In this document: positions 52,479 to 64,000 of the stretch, piece by piece
Layout: the number at the start of each line of letters is the position of its first letter
Numbering within the stretch: the stretch's first letter is position 1
Assembly (NCBI GenBank): GCA_951406725.2
Contig: OX597828.1
Coordinates: forward strand, 28,582,001-28,646,000
Source: Octopus vulgaris
Taxonomy: Eukaryota
Reading direction: 5' to 3'
DNA length: 64,000 nt
Translations under genes and position numbers: made by a program
Notes under the pieces: model-generated
Seen by the model: only the letters and a program-made list of their open reading frames with translations
Databases searched by the model: none
What the model was told of the DNA's origin: nothing

Positions 52479-52530
<52 letters not shown>

Positions 52531-52933
52531 ATATTAAGAGGAATGACCACAAACTGATTCATATCAATTTCTACCCTCATTATTTAATTTATACATATAT
52601 AAACCCAAAGTATTGGTCGATTCGATGTTATAGTATAAGACCCTTGTTCACGGTGCCGCACAGTAAGGCTGAAACCGAAATTCCGTGGATGCAAATCGAG
52701 TTTCCTAACTACATTTATACCTGCGCCTATAATGTTTATATTTCAAATAAAGGCGGAATGGCCTCGACTGGAGTACTTTTTATAACGAGTAGTGCTCAAT
52801 TAGGTCTGACCCTCGAGTTAAACTCTTAACAATCACCCACCCTAATGATACCTGCTTATTCTACACTTCTCTTCCATCGATCCACACTCTTACACACAGA
52901 TTCATACACATTTCTCATCACATAACACTGTCA

Positions 52934-52988
<55 letters not shown>

Positions 52989-54759
52989 TGAGGAGCAGTA
53001 TACACGCGATTACACATTGCCATCTTATCAGTGACACACATATCAACCCAGTTTATATTAAAAGCGCAAAAAAACAAAATAAAATTCTAACCCTCTTCAA
53101 ATTAATACACACACACACACACACAGAGTACACATAAGCACACACACACGCACACACACACACACACACACCTTCTTTCAATATATTAACATCGTCTCAA
53201 AAGACTAAACACCCATATACACATGCAAGCATCAATTCTCATATACATACACACAAACGCATACATGGATATTCATACATACACGCTCACACTCACGCAC
53301 ACAAAAGCATGTGTGTTTATGTTCGTATACACACATACTTACAAGTGTGTTATTCATATACACACACACATACGCACAATGTGAAGACCGTATAAAAATA
53401 AATATTACAATAACAAATAGTAAAACAACTAACGAATACAACAAACAAAAGCTACACACGTAAAACAAGATCACATACAAAAACAAAAAAAGAAAAGAAA
53501 GGAAAAAAATACTTGTTTCTGTCCGGACACGGTGCCACGAAAATGAGAAGATGAAAAGACAAGACAGTGGTTTTCTGCCTCTACTAAATTTTTTTTCTCC
53601 ACCAACACTTACCCACTCACCCATCGAATTAAAAAAAAAACAAAAAAAAAAAACTACACCAACTTCGCCACATACGGTATGTATATTTTAAAAAAGTAAA
53701 TAAAAAATAGAACAACAACAACGATAACAACAATAAAGACAGAACAGCCTTATGGTGACTAATTTACACATAAGGCATGTTATTTTTTTTTTTCAATGAT
53801 AGTGTTGTATGCAAATTTATAAGAGAGAAAAAGGAAGACGACTGACCTTAAATAAAAAATAAAAAATAATAATAAAACTAACGTAACACGTAAGATGAGA
53901 AAAACACACCGCCAGAAACACACACACAGCGTAAGCATAAATAGAAGGACAGAGAAGCATTCACACGCCTAGATACATATACAAGTACATGCTTAATACA
54001 AACAGGCACACACTTAAATACACATAGAGGCACACGCATAAATACCCATAGACACAAAGCCAGACGCATAAATACACACACGCGCGCAGATATACAGAAA
54101 GGCACGCGTTTAAAGACACAGAGGAACACGTATAAACAAACACATGCATGCACAGACACACATGAATAGGTACACACATACACAGCGGCGCTCGTATAAA
54201 TACACACACACACACACAGACGCGCGCATACATAAAGGCACACGCATAAATACACACGCATACACAGGCACACGCACAGAGGCAGACGCATAAAAACACA
54301 CACATATGCAACCCTCATTAATACAGGCACATATGTGTACATGTACTCCCATACAGTCACGATAGAAAACGAAAGTGAAAGTAAAAAATGATAAAATATG
54401 AGGAAGACAAAGTTAACAGCAAACAAGGGAAACAATTAAACGAAACAACGACGTCTCTAGTGATGATTGCTACTTAATTTGATCAACTCTCTCGTTCTTC
54501 CTTTTTTCGCTTTATTTTCTCCCCTCTTTCATCTTTTATACATTTCGCTTCTGTCTTTCTTTTCTGTTTTCATCTTTCTTTTTTCGCATCTTCATTATTC
54601 TTTCTTTCGTCTTCCAATTTGTTTTCGTCTATTTTTCTTCTTTGATATCGTCTTCTGTTTGTATTTTTTTTTTTTTTTTTGTGTGTGTTTTACCTACATC
54701 GGCCGTTCGTTGTCTTTTACTTTCTTTCTTCATCGCCATCTTCACCACAACTACCACGA

Positions 54760-55200
54760 CGACGATGACCCCCACCCCATCATTACTACCACTAACATTA
54801 CTAGCACCACTACCACTACCAGCAGCAATCCTCCCACCGTCACCAATACCATCACAACTGCCACCATAATCGAAACCTCCAGCGTCACAATCAAAACCAT
54901 CACTTGTGCCTCCCCTACACCCCACGCCATCACCACAACTACTACCACGGTCATCACCACTACCGCCGCTACTAGCAGCAACCTCGCCATCAACACCACC
55001 ACCATAAATAAAAATCCCCCACCACCTCTGTCGCTTCAACCTCACAAATATCACCTCGACCACCACCACCACACCTCTCAACGTCCAACGTAATCCTCAC
55101 CTCTGCTACCATCACCACCATCAGCAACCCTATCACCCCCCACTATCACCACAATTACTACCATCATCATCAACAAGACCCCTCCATCACCACCCCTTCC
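54760..55200. repeat. Degenerate (ACC/ACT/ATC)n low-complexity tract
   Basis: Direct inspection. Confidence 0.8.
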
Positions 55201-55621
55201 ACTTACCGACTCAGTCGTATTCTCGCTTTTTTTCCCACCCCACCCCCTCGCTAGGTTTTCTCCATGTCAAGGCCAGAATGCACATTGATCATTGATCTGC
55301 TCGATTATTGTTGACCTTGGGCTAAACAACAACTGTGAGTCAATGGCTGAGACTTTATGTAGTCACATGACACGACCTTCCAGAAATAACAGCCAAACTT
55401 CCTTCAAATCATACTTTACTTTCTTAAGCCCTTCGTTCCCTATTGGTTGGTGTATAGGCCATCCGATGACGCTTCTCCGCTGTTTTCACCCTGGGCCGTC
55501 TTTTCCTCTCCCAGTTTGTTTTTGAATGGTCATCGACGCTTCTGTAACTTTGCTTTCGTTTCTATGCAAGGATGTTGGCCTTACGCAAACCCATTTGACC
55601 ACTGGGAAGAAATGGTCCATA

Positions 55622-56035
55622 GGCGCAGGCGTAGCTGTGTGGTAAGAATTTGGCTTCCCAACCACATGGTTCCAGGTTCGATCCTACTGCGTGGCACCTT
55701 GGGCAAGTGTCTTTTACTATAGCTTCGGGCCGGCCAAAGCCTTGTGAGTAAATTTTCTAGACGGAAACTGAAAGAAGCCTGTCATTTATGTGTGCATGTG
55801 TGTTACTGTCTCCTTGCCTTGACATTTTATGGTAGCTGTAAGCAAGTGTCACCGTCATGTGAGGGGTATCCTTCGTTTCCAGTCTTCCGTAAAAACGTTT
55901 GGCTATGGCAGAATATGACTTTACTTGGAAGACAGGTGTCAGTTGGCGACAGAGAGGGCATCCGACTGTAGAAAATCTGTCTTAACATATCCGTCCGACC
56001 CATGCGAGTATGGAAAAGTGGACATTAAAACGTTG
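55622..56035 (+). mobile_element. SINE family A head with alternative tail
   Basis: As 40345-40800. Confidence 0.75.
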
Positions 56036-57569
56036 CTATAGAAGATGATTTCAGAAATTTTCTTTCTAGTAATTTACCATATTCCTTTTATGGTTTAGTA
56101 AGAGGTGAAACGGTTTATAAAAATCTCTCAAATCTTTATAGTTTATCCGTCGCTGTTGACAATTATCTCTTGTCAGGACACTTCGCCTCAATTTAACACT
56201 TATCGATTCAAATTTAAGGTTATATACACAAGAAATTAGCGCCATATCCAGGGGGAATATGTTATCCACTTAACACTTTAGACACTGAGTTTCAGCACGC
56301 AATACAATCCCCAGCAACTGAAAATAGCAGCCAAATCTTCCTTTATTCATATCATTTGATGTCCACTTTTCCATGAGCCAGACGGAATTTGTTGAGTCAG
56401 ATTTTCTAAGGTCGAATTTCGTTCCTGTTGTCAATCCTTACTTGTTTCCCCATGGACAAGCATATTTTCTCGGAAGACTGGAAAAGAACTCTTTATGACG
56501 ATGACACCCATTTACAACCACAAAGTCAACACATAAGTATACACACACATACATATATGCATACATATATACGAGGGACTTCTTTTCAGTTTCCGCCCAC
56601 CAAATCTACTTCCAAGGCGTTGGTCGACCCGGGACTATAACAGAAGACACTTGCCCCAGCTACCGTACAATGGAACTGAACTCGAGACCTCCTGGCTGGA
56701 AAGCAAGCTTCTTAAACCACTCAGTCACGTCTGCGCCTGAGACTATTAAAAATCCAAAAAAAAACAAAAAAAACAATGGAAACACTGTACGAGGAATATC
56801 TAAATTTGTATCTGTAAAAAAGGTGGGATGGCCACAGTTGGAACTCCTTTGATCATTGTTGGTCAGCCCATTTAAAGCCGACCGGCTCTTCAGCAACAAC
56901 GAATCTGTCATTCCCTGAAAGGAGCAATTAATGCGTCTTTCAGTAACTTATCCAAGATATTTATATTTTAATCTTCTCACTCTTCTTTCTTTTTCAAGCA
57001 TTCGTTAATTCTGCTTAATTAGCTTCTTATTCTCTTAATCCTGTATTCTCTCTTGGTTTCTTAAATATTCTGTTTTCAATCTTTCTTTATATTCCGTTTT
57101 ACCTCCTCCATTCCTCTATGAGTCATTTTTCTTATTTATCCTTTATTTCATTCTTTCATTCTTATTTACCAATCTCCAGTTTTCATTCTCTCAATCCCAC
57201 TCCTATTCTCCAAACTCTACCTCCCACTACTCCTCCATCTCGCCGACCGTTTTCGCTTCTTCCATTCTTTCACTGCCATCTATCCGATCATCTTCCAAAT
57301 TCTTTCACCATTTTTCTTCCATCGCTTCACTTCATGTTCCTAAGATGTTAATTCTCATCATACTCTACCATCTTTTATTCCTTTACAATTTTCCCATCAT
57401 TCCAATGTCCCATCAACTTTCCATTTCCTCATTTAACCATTCTCTTCATTATTAATCTATTTACCCCCCCTTCTCTTCACCCCCATCACCGCTCTTTTAT
57501 TCTCACTCCAATCATTCAGCTTTCCTTCGCCTCCTCAAACTGATCTGTTCTGATATCATACGCTGCATT

Positions 57570-57894
57570 CACTACCACATGGTGCAGCTCTTGTGACGTG
57601 GTGGCTTGTATGCCCCAATGACCCTGAAAGATATGTCAGCAGAGCGCAACCTCTTGGCAGGGACTCCCGTGTTGGACAGATCAAAGGATTGAGGTCACAA
57701 TAATAGGGACCACCGCTTCCCAGAAGTAAAAATGGGTTTCCAGAGAGCCAATACCTCTACATTGGAAAATCAAAGCTACAGAATCTTCGATGACAACTCA
57801 AGAAGAAGACCAAGGAGAGAAAAAGACAGCCTAGATTTGAGAACAGAGATCGTTAATGGACAATGCTCCTTAGGGAGCGAAAAGCTTAACTAAG
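57570..57894 (+). mobile_element. 325-bp RTE-derived bipartite non-autonomous retroelement
   Basis: Perfect 11-bp TSD TACGCTGCATT (57559, 57895); RTE-like 5'UTR and 3' end with TAAG-type tail; no ORF. Confidence 0.7.
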
Positions 57895-58922
57895 TACGCT
57901 GCATTGATATTAATCTGTCATTTTACTGACTGCTGGATTTACTAACGTTGTAGATAAGACCAAAGAAACGCCCTCCAAGTAATAAACAACTCAGCCACCG
58001 AACCAGCCATCTCCCTGTATCTTATATTTTCTTTTGTGGTGGCTACAGTGATTCCTGTTCCTTTAAATTAGAACACAGTGTATAAGCCACACGAAATTGA
58101 GCAACGTCTACACCGAAACTGGCTCATCGCGGCCCCTGTCTTTATTGCTCCCATTATCACTGATTCAACAGCATCAACGCCTGATCCAAATGCATTCTTT
58201 GGCAGAGATCGATCTCTCACACTTCTGAAAACAAAACCACTCTTGGACGCAATCCGATGAATGGTTTGCAGGGAATCACACTGACGTCTGCTATGCAATT
58301 TGGAATTGTGGGAAAGTAAGGCAGTCTAATGGTGAAGGCGCGTGGCATAGTGGTTAGGCAGTTGGACTGACGATCATAATGTGGGTTTTGGTTCCCGAAC
58401 AAGGCAGTGCGTTGTGTTCTTGGGCAAAGTACTTCATGCTGATCCTATCAAGTTAGTTGAAAATGCAGTGTTCCCCCTATACTATCCATACCCACCAATT
58501 TGCAAACGAAAGATATCAATGATCTTCGAGAGTTGCAGTACACTGGATTGGAACAGATGAAAGGGAAGGCCGTGGACGTCTCTTAGACATAGCAAGGCAG
58601 TTGAATATAATCAAAAATTATCGAAAGAATTTTCTGAATGTCCCAATCGCAGCATTTCATGTACCTTAAAGTAATCCTTTTAAGCACGTTTGCCATGCGT
58701 ATAGTTTTGTACGGACCATACATGATACATAAACCAAACTGTGATATTTTTTTTTAATGTAAAGCGTGGGTGCATGGCCGAGTGGTTAAGGCGTTGCTCT
58801 CACGATCATGAGGTCGTGGTTTCAATTTCTGGGGCCTGTGGTGCGTTGTGTTCTTGAGCAAAACATTCCATCTTATTTTGCTCTCTGATCACTTCGACAC
58901 CTGACGCGTGGTATACCGTGCA

Positions 58923-59155
58923 AAGGCGGCGAGCTAGCAGAAGCGTTAGCACACCGGGCGAAATGCTTTGCGGTACTTCGTCTGCCGTTACGTTGTGAGT
59001 TCAAATTCCGCCGAGGTCGACTTTGCCTTTCATCCTTTCGGGGTCGATAAATTAAGAACCAGTTACGCACTGGGGTCGATGTAATCGACATAATACCTAT
59101 GTCTGTCCTTGTTTGTCCCCTCTATGTTTGGCCCCTTGTGGGTAATAAAGAAATA
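58923..59155 (+). mobile_element. SINE family B, full length, nested in a family D-like SINE
   Basis: Perfect 13-bp TSD GGTATACCGTGCA (58910, 59156). Confidence 0.93.
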
Positions 59156-59848
59156 GGTATACCGTGCATCTGCTCAGGAAACGTCGATTTGATGGAGGAT
59201 GTAACACACACCACGGACATTTGATCTCTATAAACAAATCGTTTGTGCAGGTTGTTGAGCAAGAAATTACAGAACCGTCTTTCTTGGACCACGAAGCGCT
59301 ACCATAATTTTTGTGTAAGAGTGAGAGACAAAACAAAAAGAGATCCCCCCCCGCCACATGTTTAATGATTATGCAGCTTTTTTGCCTATCATCACCGAAT
59401 TGTGATATTCATATTAAGACTGGTACAGACTAAACTCGTGTGTCTCCCCACACACTTTACAGAAGAGGCAAACATCCATTGTCGGAGTGAATTTAGGTTT
59501 ATAAATACTGAAGACATTCACCAGATGGATTTTTCAATGAATAATTTTATTTAAGTGACGACAGTTAAGTTATTCAATTGCTTTCGGTTTAAATAACAAA
59601 CACTTGATTAAAACACTTCGTTAAGAATTATTGCCTCTGTCGGCATGAAACTTAATTATAGATAAGTTACTTTTAACTACAACTTGCGCAGGCGCACATA
59701 CGCAGCTCTTCATCATTTAACTGTAAAAGTAAGTGACTCCAGACTTTTGAGTTACTTATTTAGCTTTATAGCTAAAGAATAAAGACATGTATGTTCTACT
59801 TTGCATATTGTGTGCTTTTTCTCTTGCCTGCATCGCCAGACACACACA

Positions 59849-59932
<84 letters not shown>

Positions 59933-60207
59933 TACACAGAAACACACACACAGAAGCGTGGCTGTATGGTTAAGCTTACTTCTCAACAATATACGTAGTT
60001 TCCGGTTCAGTTCCGTTTTACTATAGGCCCCGACCTACCAAAACCTTGTGAATAGATTTTGTAGACGGACACTGAAACAAGAAAGAAAGAATGTGTGTGT
60101 GTGTGTATGTGTTGTTCGTATGTATGCGCGCGAATGTGTGTGTGTGTGTATATGTTTGTCTCTGTCTCTCTTTTTTGACATCGCGTCATAGTTGTAAAGG
60201 AGCGTCT

Positions 60208-60409
60208 CTCTTTACTCTTTTACTCTTTTACTTGTTTCAGTCATTTGACTGTGGCCATGCTGGAGCACCGCCTTTAGTCTAGCGAATCGACCCCAGGACT
60301 TATTCTTTGTAAGCCTAGTACTTATTCTATCGGTTTCTTTTGCCGAACCGCTAAGTTACGGGGACGTAAACACACCAGCATCGGTTGTCAAGCGATGTTG
60401 GGGGGACAA

Positions 60410-60444
<35 letters not shown>

Positions 60445-60631
60445 CATGATGATGATGATACATATATACGACGGGCTTCTTTCAGTTTCCGTCTACCAAA
60501 TCCACTCACAAGGCTTTAGTCGGCCCGAGGCTATAGTACAAAACACTTACCCAAGGTGCCACGCAGTGGAACTGAACCCGGAACCATGTGGTTGGTAAGC
60601 AAGCTACTTACCACACAGCCACTCCTACGCC
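60208..60631 (-). mobile_element. SINE family A, full length
   Basis: Reverse complement of 24344-24720. Confidence 0.92.
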
Positions 60632-60959
60632 TATGCGTCTCTGTTATTTGTTTCCATTTTTCTGTGAAAACATGTCTAAGGAGAAATAGCTTGATTGAAA
60701 ACAGGTGAGGGTTGGCGACAGGAAGGGAAACCGGCCTTAGAAAATTTACCTCAATAAAATTCCTCCTGACCCATACAAGTTCGGAAAAGTGGACGTTAAA
60801 CGATTATAATTATTATTATCATTATTGATGAAGAATATGAAGATGATGCCATTGTTGAGTTACAAAATGACAAATCAAAGTTTGTACGAAATACAGTTAC
60901 AATGCAATATGAAACTTTCTATACTGTGAAAGGTATTGCTGTGTTTTTCCATCACATTA

Positions 60960-61200
60960 TCCATCCATCCATCCATCTTATCCACCCACTATATCTAGGA
61001 GGGTCGCGGAGGTAGAATCCTCAGGTCGCTCCTTCATAGGGCCATATCAAAAGTAACCATTCTTACACATTCTTGCTAGATCCCATACAAGTTCGGTCCG
61101 AGACTCTATGGGTATTTATCTAACCTGTGTGGCTAATAAAGAAGCATATCTAACCACCTCGCTCTAAGTCTACCCCTTGGTCTCCTGTCATTTGGCCCGG
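60960..61200 (-). pseudogene. Decayed RTE (Expander-like) 3' end
   Basis: (GGAT)n tail and AAGGGGTAGACTTAGAGCGAGGTGGTTAGAT (RGR.RARWLD). Confidence 0.5.
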
Positions 61201-61679
61201 CTTGAAGAATCCGTCTTGCGATCCATTTTTGCTGACGCAGGAATCCAAATTTAGACCCAAACTGCATAAACAAATGGAAGCGAAGCAGTTTGAAGAGTTA
61301 CGGCGACTTTTTGTCAAATTTCGAACCAAATATGGCAGAACCTGCTACGGGTCGCCAGCAACAGAGATCACATCAATAAACAACTCCTGCTATCTAGAAT
61401 ATTCTTATTTTAATCTTATTATTAAACAGTGTGCCTACAAAGAAACTACACTCGCACTCTTTTGTATTTAATGTTAACTGAACAAAAACTGGGATAAATG
61501 TTATACACGAGACAAAGCTAAAACTAAGAAAGGAAAAGAAATTCTGGCAAGATATTAGGGTAAATTTGGGGTGCAATTTATACACGAGTAAATTCAGTGT
61601 TTTTTTTTTTGTCCTCTTTGATGAGCTAACGTCGAAGTAGTGTGGTTTGTACAAATTGTTTACATCTATCTATAACAGA

Positions 61680-62100
61680 AATTTTTAGATATATTCTGTG
61701 GAATTCTGCTATGTCGATGTGAGTGAATTTGTACTTTTTGTTCATGCAGTTGTTGAATCAATCGGTTATAGAAGAACCGTTGTTTCATTGTGTTAGCCTT
61801 GTTGCCTGTCAAATTCTGGAGTTAATATCTTCTATGAGATTTATTTACAATGCCTAATCATACTTTACTGAGTTAAGCAGTATACGTTCATGATCTGTTA
61901 AAAACATTGCCTTGTGGTCTTCCAGGGTGATGTATGGTTTCCACTTTGCCAAACATTCTGTTCTATCTTCTAACTGTAAACTTGTGGCTAATTCCGGCAC
62001 ACCCTTTGTCAATAGCGTTATGTACTTTGGATTATGCTTCATGACACGTTTTTTTTGCTAGGAGGAATTTTGGTGGATACTTTTGTCCGTGATACATACA
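61680..62100 (-). pseudogene. Penelope-like (Neptune/Naiad-type) reverse transcriptase fragment
   Basis: LQLEDRTECLAKWKPYITLEDHKAMF..LLNSVK..RLTQ*NNGSSITD*F..KFTHIDIAEFH, resembling the ITLKDHK/RLINPAK/QWRNT/FDIVEFYPS motifs of this PLE group. Confidence 0.7.
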
Positions 62101-62281
62101 AGTACGTTGTGTTTCGATTACAAGCATAAAAATTAGTGTTTGTATTGTAAGCTGTGCGTATAATATTTAACACGCAATTTTTTTTTTACGTTGATGTTAT
62201 ACTTCACATTTTCCCTAGATGGAATTGCGAACTCTGCAGCCGACTGTTTCTTGCATGTGTACACGTGCACGCATGGGTTTG

Positions 62282-62363
<82 letters not shown>

Positions 62364-62981
62364 CATCCATCCATCCATCCATCCATCCTATCTATCTATC
62401 TGCCTATCTATCTATCTATCTATCTATCTTATATATCTATCTATCTATCTATTACCCATCCTTTATTATTTTCCCCTCTTTCTTGATTGTCCTGAAATCT
62501 CTCTCTCTCTCTCTCTCTTTCCCCCTCTTTGCTTTTCTTCCTCTCGTTCCCTCTTTCCCCAAAAAACAAAAATACTTTTCTTCTCTTCTAAACAAAGCAA
62601 AAACAAACACCCAAAAAAGCCATCCGATTCATTTAAATGAACAACGAAAACTTCTGTTTTCTCCCATTTTGATTTTGTCTTGACGAGTTCGATAAAAGAA
62701 CGCAAGCGCTAATAAAGAATTATCCAAAATTTTGCCTGCCTCCTTTTTTATCTCTCTCTATATCAAATCGTTAGTCTGACAAAATATATTCCGTTTCGCC
62801 TGTGGCTCATTGGGAAGAATATAATTTGTTGGACTGACGATTATTGATGAAGTATTAGTATTTATTCTCAGACTTACCATATGGTACCTAATTCAACGTT
62901 GCTGGACATAGATTATAATTTATGTCCGGCTACTTAACATAGAGTCAAAAATTAATTATTTTTGAACTTCTCACCCCATTG

Positions 62982-63039
<58 letters not shown>

Positions 63040-63095
63040 CGGAGATGTACTCGCATAGCAAGTAATTTGATCTGAGATCGTGTGCTGAAACGAAA

Positions 63096-63355
63096 ACAAT
63101 TGCAGCGTGGGAGGTGTTTATAAGCCATTTAAGAAACACACAAAAGCCGTTCGATTCACTCCAACATTTAAGTTTAATTTGTCAAAATATTTTCGTCGCT
63201 AAAATCCGCGACCTGTTCAGGACTTTGTCAGTGAACAGGTCGCGGATTTTAGCGACGAAAATATTTTGACAAATTAAACTTAAATGTTGGAGTGAATCGA
63301 ACGGCTTTTGTGTGTTTCTTAAATGGCTTATAAACACCTCCCACGCTGCAATTGT
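63096..63355. repeat. Perfect inverted repeat with 124-bp arms and 12-nt spacer
   Basis: 63096-63219 is the exact reverse complement of 63232-63355. Confidence 0.97.
63224..63273 (+). ncRNA. Putative minimal type I hammerhead ribozyme with G3-C8 core
   Basis: TTTGTCA-GTGAACA-G-GTCGC ggatttta GCGAC-GAA-AATATT-T-TGACAAA: 7-bp stem I, 5-bp stem II, palindromic stem III. Confidence 0.6.
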
Positions 63356-63572
63356 ATATATATATACAAGATAAGAAAATGGAGAAATACATCTAACTCA
63401 AATTAGTAATTTGTGGTAAATCATTTTACTTTTGCCCATATAATACAGTAAATGAATTGATTGCATCGCAATCATTAACATTTATGTATTAACTTTGTTG
63501 GGTACTTCACTAGCAGTATATTGGATATATGTTATCCCATGGAGGGTTGCATTTACAACCCCTATCTAAATT

Positions 63573-63622
<50 letters not shown>

Positions 63623-63623
<1 letters not shown>

Positions 63624-63829
63624 CGGGAAGCTTTATGAAAATAGACAAAAGACGAAGGCAGGTGGAAAACAAACAAACAATTGTATTAGTATGGCGCTCA
63701 GGAAATATAAATAAAACAAGTCTTTAACGTTTCGAGCCTACGCTCTTCAACAGAAAGATACACAGAGAGAAAAAAAACACAGAAAGAAGGAGAGAAATGC
63801 GTGCAGTAACTAACGAATCAACATGGCGA
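63623..63829 (-). mobile_element. PLE terminal fragment with hammerhead-like motif
   Basis: TCTTT-CTGTTGA-A-GAGC gtag GCTC-GAAACGTT-AAAGA at 63721-63758; (TA)n on both sides. Confidence 0.65.
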
Positions 63830-64000
63830 ATATATATATATATATATATATCTTTACGATAGTTCAGTGCTCACAGATTGCTCACTTGGTATTTGTCGTT
63901 GATTCTTGTTGACCATTACATAACTGACCACTACTAGCATGGAGGAGGTCGTGTGGTCAATTTTTTTTATATTTTTGTAATTCGAAGGAATTGTATTTAA

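Noticed and set aside
54467-55093. Mucin-like Thr-rich 208-aa ORF
   Set aside because: Arises from pyrimidine-rich and (ACC/ACT)n low complexity; no domain or splice support
58071-58315. Exon-like segments at 58071-58315 and 41554-41682
   Set aside because: Splice-like ends are weak and the peptides are unrecognisable (58071-58315 has stops in all frames); insufficient support

Overview
Eukaryotic, AT-rich, repeat-saturated intergenic or intronic DNA, most consistent with an octopus (coleoid cephalopod) genome judging by the SINE families and microsatellite density. No host protein-coding gene is recognisable, and most short ORFs in the track are microsatellite or SINE read-through. The left 5 kb holds the only intact coding sequences: (i) the 5' half of an L1/Tx1-type LINE on the minus strand (ORF1 with a CCHC knuckle; ORF2 with APE endonuclease and the start of RT, running off the window), and (ii) directly upstream, a 1.47-kb element encoding only a distantly related ORF1. 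This ORF1-only element is bounded by a 15-bp near-perfect direct repeat that matches the tRNA-like head of the commonest SINE here, so both retroelements appear to sit at the same site inside a SINE. The rest of the window is a mosaic of at least four SINE families, RTE fragments and short RTE-derived elements, Penelope-like (PLE) fragments with minimal hammerhead-ribozyme motifs, non-autonomous Helitrons, MITEs, a decayed maT/mariner transposase, a 1.15-kb highly diverged 10-bp-period array, and many microsatellites. One PLE fragment forms a perfect 124-bp palindrome carrying a G3-C8 covariant hammerhead core. All family assignments come from motif recognition by eye; no database search was run.
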